Positions 47,015 to 56,611 of a DNA stretch of 64,000 nt are shown here, in pieces; the first letter of the stretch is position 1, and the number at the start of each line of letters is the position of its first letter. A model generated the notes under the pieces. It was not told the origin of the DNA. It saw only the letters and a list, made by a program, of their open reading frames with translations, and did not search any database. The stretch spans positions 1 to 64,000 of the forward strand of contig JBEKWR010000011.1 of NCBI GenBank assembly GCA_049512935.1, read 5' to 3'. This DNA comes from Candidatus Bathyarchaeia archaeon. GTDB lineage: Archaea > Thermoproteota > Bathyarchaeia > Bathyarchaeales > Bathycorpusculaceae. Made by a program: the position numbers and the translations under genes.

Positions 47015-47583
47015 GATTTAACCTCCACCTTTTGCAACTGTTCCTCGACAAAGGCGGGTACCGTCTTGGGATCGTTATCCCGCTGGAAAACGCTGACGGC
47101 ATGCGCGGGCGGACGAAAATTAAGCATGTTCCGCTCAGCTAACGCCACGAAGGTTTCTTCATAGTCTGCGCCGGGTTCTTGCGTTCCGATGACGAGTAGG
47201 TTTGGATATTTTGTGTAGCGCATCTGGTGATGGATTTGCCCATGGTAAACTTTGAAATAGGGCAGTAGGATCGGGATGATGCGGTCAAGCGCCTTCTTCA
47301 GTTCAGAGGAGTATCCGCCGAAGGTAACTGGGGTCAGCCACACCAGCAGGTCGCTTTGAATGGCTTTCCTAGTGGTTTCCCGTCCCGCGTCATTAATCAC
47401 GCAAACGCCAGGAGTCTTAACCCAGCAGCCGAAGCAGCCAAGGCAAGGAGCAATCTGAGTGGAGCGAAGTTCGATTGGTTCAACCTCCCAACCCGCTTTG
47501 GTCAATTGATCAACAATGGCTTTTTCTATCGCTTCGAGGGTTAGGTCGCCTTCTTTGGCGCCGTTAAAGATTACAGCTTTCAT
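47011..47583 (-). CDS. Flavodoxin-family Fe-S protein
   Basis: CLGCFGCWVKTPGVC motif. Confidence 0.85.
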   Translation of the reverse strand: MKAVIFNGAKEGDLTLEAIEKAIVDQLTKAGWEVEPIELRSTQIAPCLGCFGCWVKTPGVCVINDAGRETTRKAIQSDLLVWLTPVTFGGYSSELKKALDRIIPILLPYFKVYHGQIHHQMRYTKYPNLLVIGTQEPGADYEETFVALAERNMLNFRPPAHAVSVFQRDNDPKTVPAFVEEQLQKVEVKS

Positions 47584-47588
47584 TTTTT

Positions 47589-48257
47589 TTAGTCTCCAAT
47601 TTTTTTGGTTTGAATGTTCTCGATCGAGCCGCGCAGGGCACGCAGCGTGAACTTAACCGTAGCGTCCCTGTCTGCATCCGCCCGTCTAAGGAATATCTCG
47701 AAACCTGGCGGAAGCAGAATCATGGCTCTTGTTGACTGAATGAGAAAAATCGATGTTTGCTGCGGATTTAGGTCAGGTTTAATAGAGCCATCCTTTATGC
47801 CCGTGACCACTGCATTTAATACTGTTTCGAGGTTTTCGCAGCTTACCCTGATTAATTCCGCTGCGTTTATGTCGTCACTGCGTGCAACGGGTAAGTTTTC
47901 AGCTTCTACCAGTACGTGAAAGTAGTGGGGATGGCGCTTGTAGAATTCGTAATACGCCTGGCCTATTGCAAAAGCTTTTTCCAGTCCGCTCTGGTTTCGG
48001 TCTGCTGCGTCTTTGAACATTTCGTTCATTATGTGTGCTCCTCTTAGGGCGACGGCTGAGTACAGCGCTTCTTTGCTCTTGAAATACGTGTACAGTGTGC
48101 CTTTGGCAAGCTGTGCCTTGTCTGCAATTTCCTCTATGGTTATTTCGCTATAGTTTTTGGAGAAGAAGAGGGTTTGGGCAGCGTCCAAGATGAGGTTGCG
48201 GCGTTGTTCTTTCTCTTTTTCTCGTCTCTGCTGTGTTAACATTATTGTGACCGCCAT
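47589..48257 (-). CDS. TetR/AcrR regulator
   Basis: EEIADKAQLAKGTLYTYFKSKE. Confidence 0.9.
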   Translation of the reverse strand: MAVTIMLTQQRREKEKEQRRNLILDAAQTLFFSKNYSEITIEEIADKAQLAKGTLYTYFKSKEALYSAVALRGAHIMNEMFKDAADRNQSGLEKAFAIGQAYYEFYKRHPHYFHVLVEAENLPVARSDDINAAELIRVSCENLETVLNAVVTGIKDGSIKPDLNPQQTSIFLIQSTRAMILLPPGFEIFLRRADADRDATVKFTLRALRGSIENIQTKKIGD

Positions 48258-48479
48258 CCATTATTTGACTATCAGTCAATTAATGACTAACAGTCACACA
48301 ACCCTTAAAAACCTTCCCACCCAAAACAAGCCAACAAAGAAACAGCCAAAGTTACCTCGGGTTCAAAAAAAGCCGCGCCTTGAAAAACAAGCCGAGAGAG
48401 ATTCAAAACTCGCTCAAGCGATCCAAAGCCGCAGAAACGGGCTTCGCATTGAAGCTAAAAACTATGGCACAGGATTTTC

Positions 48480-49745
48480 TTAGCGTGATGGCGCATGAAT
48501 ATATTTGTTCACCAGATCTCGCTTGTTTACAACGTTGAGTTGTTTGAAGAGGAAATCAAACTTTACCTCGATTTCAGCTGCAATTGCGTCGCGCGTTTCC
48601 TGCGGCAACCGCATAATGTCTTTCTTGAAGGGCCCTAACCCTTTTTTGCGGGTTTTGTAGAGGAACTGCTCTTCTGTTTCGCCAGGTTTAGCCTCGTTTG
48701 CCGCGTTGACTTTTAGCCAAGCATAAATTTTCTTCTTCAGGTCGTCTGGGAAATGATTTGACTCGTAAATCATGTTCTGGAACTCCGTGGCTAAGTGCAC
48801 CTCGGCGGTTTCGCATTCGACGAACTTGTGGAAAGCCGAGGGCGGCAACGTTGATGCGCCATGCTGGACGGCTCCCGCGAGCCCATATCGTTTGCGGGCA
48901 ATCTCTGAGAGGGTCTTGAGCGTGTTAAAGTCGAGACTGATTTGCGCGATTGACCCATCAGGCAGGACTATGCCGCCGTGAGTTGTCCCAGTCTGAACAG
49001 AAATCTTGCTGATGCTGACTAACCCTTTAGGAAGCCTTTCTTTTAGGCCATCCATGAAGACGTGCAGGTCTTCAGGCGTCGAATTCTGATGCCCAATCTC
49101 GCCGATTTCTCCGCCCACCGAAATCGTGGTTCCCTTCGGTTCATGTTGGCGAACAAACTGGGCAAGTTTTGCGCAGACGTCATAATTTAGGAGTTGCTGC
49201 TCTTTGTAGGTCGGTTTCGATAAGTCGACAAGGGTTGAGGAGTCTATGTCGATGTTGTAGAATCCCGAGCTTATGGCATCCGCAATTAAAGCTTGCAGGG
49301 CTTCAGTTTCTTTCTGCGGGTTTTCTTTGTACTTGGCGGCGTTGGCTTGGAAATGGTCGCCTTGGATAAAGACTGGTCCAGAATAACCCTCTTTTATCGC
49401 CGCTGCCATAACCATGCTTGCGAACTCGATTGGCGGCTGAAAAGTGTAACCGATCTCGGAGCGGGCAATCTCAAAGACGAAAGCGCCAGAATCATTTTTC
49501 TCCGCCACCCTGAATATTGCCCGAGCCAAATCATAAGTCATGCTGCGCAGGTTTATCGCTGGAACGGTGAAACCAGAGAATTCGCCCCTGCCGCGCGCCA
49601 TGTAAAATTCTTGGATACTTGCGGGGTAAATTCCCTTGGCGGAAGCCGCGTCAAAAACTTTTTGAGCTAACGGCTTCTTTTTTGAAATGTCATCTTCCAA
49701 AATTATTTCTGTTACGGTTTTCTCAACGTCAAACGATTTTGCCAT
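48480..49745 (-). CDS. Class II fructose-bisphosphate aldolase family protein
   Basis: QGDH, GEIGEIG, GTTHGG and QHGAS motifs. Confidence 0.85.
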   Translation of the reverse strand: MAKSFDVEKTVTEIILEDDISKKKPLAQKVFDAASAKGIYPASIQEFYMARGRGEFSGFTVPAINLRSMTYDLARAIFRVAEKNDSGAFVFEIARSEIGYTFQPPIEFASMVMAAAIKEGYSGPVFIQGDHFQANAAKYKENPQKETEALQALIADAISSGFYNIDIDSSTLVDLSKPTYKEQQLLNYDVCAKLAQFVRQHEPKGTTISVGGEIGEIGHQNSTPEDLHVFMDGLKERLPKGLVSISKISVQTGTTHGGIVLPDGSIAQISLDFNTLKTLSEIARKRYGLAGAVQHGASTLPPSAFHKFVECETAEVHLATEFQNMIYESNHFPDDLKKKIYAWLKVNAANEAKPGETEEQFLYKTRKKGLGPFKKDIMRLPQETRDAIAAEIEVKFDFLFKQLNVVNKRDLVNKYIHAPSR

Positions 49746-49874
49746 ACAGTCTCACATCCTCATATCGGTGCCTAACTTATGAGCCCTATTTCTCGTATTT
49801 GAGTATTAAGCCTTGCTGAGCGCTAGCTTGCTGCAAATAAAAGTTAATATTGTTTTGTTGCTTAATGTGGATGC

Positions 49875-50399
49875 ATGTCTTTTCATGTTAGGCGCAAAGA
49901 TCGAGAAATAACTGACCCTGAAGAGATGCGGCAGGTTCTGAAAACGACCCAGTACGTCACTGTCGCCCTCTGCATGGACAACGAACCCTACCTTGTCTCT
50001 CTAAGCCACGGGTACGACCAAGCCAAAAACTGCATTTACTTCCACTGCGCACCCGAAGGCAAAAAACTCGTTTACCAGAAGGCGAACAACAGGGTGTGGG
50101 GTCAAGCGGTGCTGGATTTCGGCGTGACGGACGAGTGCGACTACGTTTACACTTCAGTTCACTTCTGCGGCAAAATGGTCCTTGTCAGCGACCTCGGCGA
50201 GAAACAGCACGCGATTGAAGTGCTGATACGTCAGCTTTCACTGGACCCAGACGCTAAACTTGCAAAGGTCAAGCCCGAGAAGCTGGAGAAGACAACGATC
50301 GGAAGAATCGACATCGAGTACATGACGGGCAAAAAGGGTTCGCCTAACAAAGACAGACTGCAAGAGTTGAATTACGTTTTCCGAAGAAAACCCAGTTAA
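49875..50399 (+). CDS. Pyridoxamine 5'-phosphate oxidase-like (NimA-like) flavin-binding protein
   Basis: RRKDREI and YFHCAPEGKK motifs. Confidence 0.85.
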   Translation: MSFHVRRKDREITDPEEMRQVLKTTQYVTVALCMDNEPYLVSLSHGYDQAKNCIYFHCAPEGKKLVYQKANNRVWGQAVLDFGVTDECDYVYTSVHFCGKMVLVSDLGEKQHAIEVLIRQLSLDPDAKLAKVKPEKLEKTTIGRIDIEYMTGKKGSPNKDRLQELNYVFRRKPS

Positions 50400-50441
50400 G
50401 ATTGCACGCAAGGAAAACGTCAAGGGCGGGTAAAGCGGGTT

Positions 50442-51587
50442 TTAGAATGCCCACGCACCCGAAGCGAACAACCACGTGAAAAAGAACAAGCCCGCGCAGA
50501 AAACCACGGCTATAGCGATGTTAACTGATTTTTTTGTTGAAAGAAGCCCGAGCGCGAGGAAAAGCGGGAACATGGAGAGCACGTAGCGGGGTATGCTTAT
50601 CCAGAAGCCTGTTGAAACCGCAAGCATCCAAGTCAGCAGCATGTAAACTTGGTAGGATGGCCGCAGCTTCATTTTGTAGGCGAGCCCGATCATCAGGTAC
50701 CCGAAGACGGCGAAGACGATTTCAGCGTAGCCGATGGTGACGTTGAAGGGGTACGATGCGCCGCGTGCCCAGCCTAACGCCGTTCGCAAGGCGCTCAACG
50801 GCTGAAGGGTCTGGTACCAATGCGAGCTTTCAACCTGCATGAACGTGAAGAAGCTTCCAGTAACCTCAAAATTGATTCCAAGGTAAATCAGGAAACCTAC
50901 GGCGGGCAGGCTCAGCCAGAGGAGACGAAGATCCGACGATTTCAATTTCCAGTTTTTCTGGTGGAAATACTCAACAATCAAAGCTGGAAGAAGAATTAAC
51001 CCTGCGATCCGCGTTAACGATGCAAGAAAACCCAAGAAAGCCGCCAAAGACCAACGTGCGTTTCTCGCGTAGTAGAGGCTGGCTACGACCAGAGCGAGGA
51101 ACAGGCTTTCGGTGTAGACGGCGGACATGAAATAGGCTGTTGGGAAAACGCATAGGAAAAGTACGGCTTTTTTGGCTACGCTGTCGCTGTAGTCGAGCTT
51201 TGCAAGTTTAAAGAGGTAAACGACGGCGACGATTGAGGCTACGTTTGACACTATGAGCCCTGACAGGTTGACGTATGAAAAATCAAACGTTATCAGCCGC
51301 ACCAGAACGGGGTAGAGTGGGAAGAAAACGATGAAGTTGGCTTCGTCGCCTTGGTTCGTGTAGCCATGCTGGGCTATGTACATGTAATGGGGGCTGTCCC
51401 ATCTTGCAAACATGCCCATCAGCAAACCGAACGGCTGAGTGGAAGATCCACTTGCAACCGCCGAATCTAACGCTGAAGCATAGCCTAAAACGAAAACTGC
51501 AAACTTGGCAACCAAAGCGATGACGACGGCGACTTTCAGCGAGTAAGGAATTTTCGCATACCAAGCTTTGATTTTCTCCCAAGCCAC
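50442..51587 (-). CDS. PIG-V-like GT-C mannosyltransferase
   Basis: RWDSPHY, FFPLYP and YTESLF motifs; probable GTG start at 51587 after an SD. Confidence 0.85.
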   Translation of the reverse strand: MAWEKIKAWYAKIPYSLKVAVVIALVAKFAVFVLGYASALDSAVASGSSTQPFGLLMGMFARWDSPHYMYIAQHGYTNQGDEANFIVFFPLYPVLVRLITFDFSYVNLSGLIVSNVASIVAVVYLFKLAKLDYSDSVAKKAVLFLCVFPTAYFMSAVYTESLFLALVVASLYYARNARWSLAAFLGFLASLTRIAGLILLPALIVEYFHQKNWKLKSSDLRLLWLSLPAVGFLIYLGINFEVTGSFFTFMQVESSHWYQTLQPLSALRTALGWARGASYPFNVTIGYAEIVFAVFGYLMIGLAYKMKLRPSYQVYMLLTWMLAVSTGFWISIPRYVLSMFPLFLALGLLSTKKSVNIAIAVVFCAGLFFFTWLFASGAWAF

Positions 51588-51717
51588 GGATAAACCTCCT
51601 GCGCGTGCATAATTTCTTTGAAAGATCATTTTCATGATTCAATACGTCGTGAACGTCATATAGTTTTTTGGATGATTCTCAAAGAAAGGGCAAAAGCGTT
51701 GAAGAGGCAATTTGCAT

Positions 51718-53550
51718 TTAGGAGCCACTTTGAGGTTCAACTTGGTATATTCTCAGGTCTCCGTTTGTGTAAACAACCTTCAGCCAGCTGATCGAGTTGA
51801 ACCATGCCGTGCAGCCTGGATAATGGGACAATTCGTCGTTGCCGACGTAAACGTATGACACCTTGTAGTCGGCTATCACCTGCTGCAGCGCCGTTAAGTT
51901 GCCTTGATACGCCGCTTGGACTTGGTCTTGCCGCTGGATAATCTCGCCAAGTGGCACGCCCCAGCCGTAGGCCCAGTTAACGTAGGAGGAAACGGTGATT
52001 CTTCCGCCGATGAACGCTGGCGGGCACTGAATGGAGTTGTTGTACGTCAGGAAAACCGAGTCCTGCGGAGTGTTGCTTCTGACCCAGAGCCCAAGCTGAT
52101 ACTCCTGCCAACTCGCAGCCGTGTAGTTTGTTCCAACGTTGTAGATGATGACACTTGCTGAAGTCAAAACGCAGAGCAAAACCACCGTTACGATGACGAT
52201 TTTTCGGGTTTTGGCTAACATCACGCCAGCCAACACCGCGATGGGTATCCACGCGAAAATGAATAACTTGTACATGTCCCACACGTTGGGCGTGAGCACC
52301 AAAATGTTTGGTAGCAGCACCAGGAAAATCATCGTGCCTTTGAGAAGTTCGTTCCCCGACTTCACGAAGGAAACGATTGCGATGATGAAGGGGATGCCGA
52401 GGTTCAGAAGGTAGTAGAGGGGCGGGTTATGCGCGAAGTTGGCGATCCACGCCGTGCTCAAAGAAATCGTCGCAGGCGGCCCGTTGTGGAAGATGAATGG
52501 CAATGCCAAAGCAGTCGGCAACACGAAGTAAAGGCAGTTTGTCAGCTTAAACCGCTTGAAGTTAAACAGGACAGCCACGGCGAAGGCGACGTAGCAGCAC
52601 AAGAAAGCGACGTTGTGGAACTCGAAGAGCAAACCCGTCATGACGCCCGCCAACAGGAGCCTGTTTCGGCTGTTCATGTTCCTGAGCAAAGCCAACACGA
52701 AGGCAAACACGGGCAAGCCGATCAGAAGTGGTCTCTGCTGAAGCAGGTTATCAAATATGCTGGGCAAACCGAACAGCCCACCGTACTGGTAACCGTAATT
52801 TTGTGTCACGTTAAACGTTCCATTTAGCAACGCGCTGAACAGCCCAAAGTAGCTTAAACCCCAACCAAACGTCGCTATCACGGTGGCGATCACCGCGGCG
52901 CGCCTGCCGTCGGGTCGCGTCAAAGCGTAGATTGCGAAGCCGAAGATGACGATGAAGACGGCGTTTAGGAAGGGCAGAAGCTGGGGCAGGTAGCCGAAGA
53001 CGTTTTCGACGATGGCAGTGTGGAAATCAACAAAGTAATAGTAGGTCATGGGTACCCCAGCGAAGTTAGGCATCTGCGGCGGAAAGTTCCCGTTGTTTAT
53101 GCTCTCTATTATTTCGTAGTGCAGCGGCGTGTCCTGCCAGTTTGAACCCGTTAAAACTATCCCGTACTGGCTGCCGCGCCAAACGCTGATGAACAGGACA
53201 ATTAGGGCAATGGCGAAAATGGTGGCAAACAGGAGAAGACTTGTTTTCTTTATGCGGTCTAGCCGAAGGAACTTTGGCGGCTGCAGTGGTTCACCCTTCT
53301 TGTAAACCACCAGCGTGTAGGCTGCTGTCAAGGCGAGGAAGCTTAGCAATATTGTTTCGCGTGAGTAGCCGACAGCCAGGGAAAGGTAGTAAATGAATTC
53401 GACTGAAACCATGACGCTGAAAAGCGGCACGAAAGCCCAAATTTCATGGGACTTCAACTTGAAGAAGCGGTAGGCAATCAAGCCTGGAACGAGGAAAGTG
53501 AAGACTAAAGCGGCGAAGAGGGCGATGTAGATTGAGGGAAACGACGCCAA
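51718..53550 (-). CDS. Multi-TM GT-C-like membrane protein
   Basis: WQDTPLH and YYYFVDF motifs with many TM helices; frame stays open upstream to ~53628. Confidence 0.7.
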   Translation of the reverse strand: MASFPSIYIALFAALVFTFLVPGLIAYRFFKLKSHEIWAFVPLFSVMVSVEFIYYLSLAVGYSRETILLSFLALTAAYTLVVYKKGEPLQPPKFLRLDRIKKTSLLLFATIFAIALIVLFISVWRGSQYGIVLTGSNWQDTPLHYEIIESINNGNFPPQMPNFAGVPMTYYYFVDFHTAIVENVFGYLPQLLPFLNAVFIVIFGFAIYALTRPDGRRAAVIATVIATFGWGLSYFGLFSALLNGTFNVTQNYGYQYGGLFGLPSIFDNLLQQRPLLIGLPVFAFVLALLRNMNSRNRLLLAGVMTGLLFEFHNVAFLCCYVAFAVAVLFNFKRFKLTNCLYFVLPTALALPFIFHNGPPATISLSTAWIANFAHNPPLYYLLNLGIPFIIAIVSFVKSGNELLKGTMIFLVLLPNILVLTPNVWDMYKLFIFAWIPIAVLAGVMLAKTRKIVIVTVVLLCVLTSASVIIYNVGTNYTAASWQEYQLGLWVRSNTPQDSVFLTYNNSIQCPPAFIGGRITVSSYVNWAYGWGVPLGEIIQRQDQVQAAYQGNLTALQQVIADYKVSYVYVGNDELSHYPGCTAWFNSISWLKVVYTNGDLRIYQVEPQSGS

Positions 53551-53804
53551 CGCGAGAATCAGCAGGAGGATGCAGAGCCAGTACTTCTGCAGAACCGATC
53601 GGTAATCAGTGTTCCTTAATACTTCCTCTCACCGCCCCCAGCCGAACATTCAGACTAAAATATGCGGCACCGTATTAAAATTACGCTTAAACCCCACTTT
53701 CAGCAGGGCAAGCGACAAAAGAAATCCGATTCCAACAAGCTCATCAACTGCGCCTGCGGGAAAAGTTAATTAGCTAAATTATCGTGTATTGTTGCGGCGC
53801 TTAA

Positions 53805-53882
53805 GCCCAGGTAGTATAGTTCGGTCCAGTATATGCGGCTGTCGCCCGCAGGACCCGGGTCCAAATCCCGGCCTGGGCGCCA
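53805..53882 (+). tRNA. tRNA-Asp(GTC)
   Basis: Acceptor stem GCCCAGG/CCTGGGC, anticodon arm TGCGG-CTGTCGC-CCGCA, T arm CCGGG-TCCAAAT-CCCGG, encoded CCA. Confidence 0.93.
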
Positions 53883-53977
53883 CTTCTTCATGTCCGAATC
53901 TCCTCCTGAGGTTCTTAAAATTTCCAGTGCAAACAGTTAAATTTCAATTCAAGTAACTCTATTCTGAGTGTTAAAAG

Positions 53978-54235
53978 ATGTCCTTGGAAAGTGTTGTAGA
54001 CGAGTTTCCTTTATTTAAGGAAAGAGAGGAGAAAGAACGCTTTCTTGTCATCTTAGGTCTTCTTGCTTCTCGAACCGTTACCTTGGCCAAAGCTGCCGAA
54101 GTTATGGGTATGTCTCGTAATGAGTTCTCAGCCTTGCTTCGGACTGCTGGTTTTAAGTACAGCTACCTGGATGAGGCAGAGCTAAAGAAAGAAGCACAAG
54201 CTAGCAAGAGCTTACTCAAGAAGCGTTGCAATTGA
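53978..54235 (+). CDS. UPF0175-family HTH antitoxin
   Basis: VTLAKAAEVMGMSRNEF. Confidence 0.8.
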   Translation: MSLESVVDEFPLFKEREEKERFLVILGLLASRTVTLAKAAEVMGMSRNEFSALLRTAGFKYSYLDEAELKKEAQASKSLLKKRCN

Positions 54236-54714
54236 AAGCCACAGTTGACAGTTCAGTTCTGCTAGCACTTGGCAAACTCGGCTACCTTAAACTTCTTGGG
54301 AAAGTTTTCGACAAGCTGTTTGTAGCTCAATCAGTTTTTGAAGAAGTAAGAAACGATGAGGTAGCGGCGCAAATCCAAGAACTAAGGAACGAGAGATTGA
54401 TTGAGATAGTAAAATGTTCAAACCCCGAGTTACTTAACCTGTTGTCATCTAGCCTTGGAAAAGGCGAGATAGAAACCATGGTGTTAGCGCTTGAGTTAAA
54501 AACTGATGCAACGTTGCTAGACGATTTGAAAGCTCGTAAAACGGCAAGACGATTAAAGATTAAAGTCATGGGTACAATGGCTTTGTTAAAGGCTTTCTTG
54601 GACCTAAAGCTAATCGAGCAGTCCCCTGAAGATTTATGCAAACAGCTTATCGATCAAGGCTTCTGGATCGACGAGGAACTATGCCTAAAAATACTCAAAG
54701 ATAAGACGGATTAA
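54226..54714 (+). CDS. DUF3368-like PIN-domain protein
   Basis: VDSSVL, LGKGEIE and LDDLKAR motifs. Confidence 0.85.
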   Translation: MQLKATVDSSVLLALGKLGYLKLLGKVFDKLFVAQSVFEEVRNDEVAAQIQELRNERLIEIVKCSNPELLNLLSSSLGKGEIETMVLALELKTDATLLDDLKARKTARRLKIKVMGTMALLKAFLDLKLIEQSPEDLCKQLIDQGFWIDEELCLKILKDKTD

Positions 54715-54782
54715 TCGAAAAATTACACTCAGCTATAATGCATGTGATTTTGAGGGCGAAAAACGAACTAGACCAAGCGAAG

Positions 54783-54802
54783 CCTGGTCTGGGCGCCACT
54801 TC
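54783..54802 (+). repeat. Duplicated tRNA-Asp 3' end (att-like)
   Basis: cctggtCTGGGCGCCACTTC versus cccggcCTGGGCGCCACTTC at 53867-53886. Confidence 0.8.
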
Positions 54803-54898
54803 AATTATTTTTTGGGATTCACGATACAGATGACAGGTTAAGATTTCCCGTTCATAACCGATAAATTAACCGTAAGATAAACGAATGCAGGGTCAGAA

Positions 54899-55096
54899 AT
54901 GGAAAGCAAACAAGAAACTCAAATTCCCTGCGTCACCTGCAAGTCTTATCACGCTAAACTCAGGAAGTTTTCCTGCAAACCGCATGATTGCAAGGAGCTC
55001 TCTTCGTGGCTTCTACAACACGTTCCTCAGCTTAGGCCAGACCGCGTGGAGATGGGAGTTCAGCTCCCTGAAACGTCGATTCCATACGTGGTTTAA
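54899..55096 (+). CDS. Small Cys-rich hypothetical protein
   Basis: CVTC...CKPHDC, 65 aa. Confidence 0.55.
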   Translation: MESKQETQIPCVTCKSYHAKLRKFSCKPHDCKELSSWLLQHVPQLRPDRVEMGVQLPETSIPYVV

Positions 55097-55180
55097 AGTC
55101 AGGTTCATCCTTCTTCTTCAATCTGCCATTTAGTTGTTTGTGGTTCCTGTCTTGTTTTTTCGGAAAAACATATCAAGCCG

Positions 55181-56539
55181 ATGCAGTCATCATGCAAGTG
55201 TAACATGACAGTCACATCGCCCCTGCAAAACGTTCATGGTTCAGATAATTGGTTAAAAGACATTTTGACCGCTGCGAAACTGGGAAGCACCGACCAATTG
55301 GTTACCCGGAGCTCGGAGGATAGCCTGTGCGTTCTATGCAAAGGCTCAAGGTTTCTCTGCGGCAAAACCCGCTGTCCCATCATGGTTAAAGTCAACTACT
55401 TCCTCAAAAGCGTCCCGTTGATGAGTGAAGACATCGCAGGCATGTCGCCCCCGAGCGTTTTCATCGGGCGAATCGGCTACCCCAACGTCTACGCGGGTCC
55501 CCTCGTGCCGCCAGTGCATGAAGACACAAGCGTTTACGATTTGCCTGAACGCTGGTTCGGGAAATCCATGGATGAAATCGTCGGTTTCCGCAGCCTGCTT
55601 GTCAGGGGCAAGTACAGGGTTAATGTGCAGAGGTTCATGGATGCAGGCAAAATCTTGGATAGCACACGCGAGTTAGCCCTTGCTGACAGCAGCGTAGACA
55701 TCGAACTGAACCTTACTAAGAAACCCCACAGCTCCATTTTTTTGGATGACAACGTTCAACCGTTCGGTCCCTCCGCGCCAATTCGCGACCTGCACGTCGG
55801 CAACGCACGTTACGATGACAAGATCGAGAAGGCGTACTACGACACGGACCTGCGTGCTCAACCCGCGGTGCTTGAGCTTTACGGCAAAGGCGTCGTGGTA
55901 AGCAAGATTCAGAAGGCTTTCAGCGTCGGCGCTTTCGGAGTTGAAAAGAACAGGCGCTTGGTTCCGACAAGGTGGAGCATAACCGCGGTCGATGACATCA
56001 TTTCTAAGAGTCTGATGGCGAAAGTCAAGACCTGCCCTGAAATCAACGAGTACAGGGTTTACGAGTCAATCTACCTGGATAACGTTTTTGAAATCTTGAT
56101 GATTCCGCAGCAGTGGAGCTACGAATCCATGGAAGCATGGTATCCAGGCACGGTTTGGAACCCGACTGGGAACAGCGTGGCGATTTATTCAGATTGGGAA
56201 GGCAACAGTGGACGAACCACCTACGCGTCGATTGGAGGCTGCTACTACTCCGCTAGGCTGGCAAGTTGCGAGCAACTGGTGAAGGAACGGCGGCAAGCCA
56301 CGGTCATCGTGCTGCGGGAAGCGCGCCCAGGATACATAATGCCGATAGGCGTCTGGCAAGTCCGCGAAAACGTCAGAAACGCAATGCGGCAAAAACCCTT
56401 CCTGTTCAAGAGCCTCGGCGAATCCTTGCAGTTCATCAGCGGCAAATTTGAGATTCCGATGCAGCGGTGGATACTGCAAAGCGAACTTTTGAAGCAGGCG
56501 TTGTTCCAAAAGAAAATATCAGACTTCTTCAAAGCTTAG
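55181..56539 (+). CDS. nreA: Nre-family archaeal DNA repair protein
   Basis: CVLCKG..LCG..RCP, RRLVPTRWSITAVDD and C-terminal PIP box QKKISDFF. Confidence 0.92.
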   Translation: MQSSCKCNMTVTSPLQNVHGSDNWLKDILTAAKLGSTDQLVTRSSEDSLCVLCKGSRFLCGKTRCPIMVKVNYFLKSVPLMSEDIAGMSPPSVFIGRIGYPNVYAGPLVPPVHEDTSVYDLPERWFGKSMDEIVGFRSLLVRGKYRVNVQRFMDAGKILDSTRELALADSSVDIELNLTKKPHSSIFLDDNVQPFGPSAPIRDLHVGNARYDDKIEKAYYDTDLRAQPAVLELYGKGVVVSKIQKAFSVGAFGVEKNRRLVPTRWSITAVDDIISKSLMAKVKTCPEINEYRVYESIYLDNVFEILMIPQQWSYESMEAWYPGTVWNPTGNSVAIYSDWEGNSGRTTYASIGGCYYSARLASCEQLVKERRQATVIVLREARPGYIMPIGVWQVRENVRNAMRQKPFLFKSLGESLQFISGKFEIPMQRWILQSELLKQALFQKKISDFFKA

Positions 56540-56611
56540 AACGAAAAATAATCAGGAAAAACCGATAAAGTAAGGCTAAAAATGAAGGGTGCGCCACGGC
56601 GGACTTGGGTT

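Noticed and set aside
53805-53882. tRNA pseudogene or intron, suggested by the TCCAAAT T-loop
   Set aside because: The stems pair, the length is normal, CCA is encoded and no intron is present; one loop variant is not enough.
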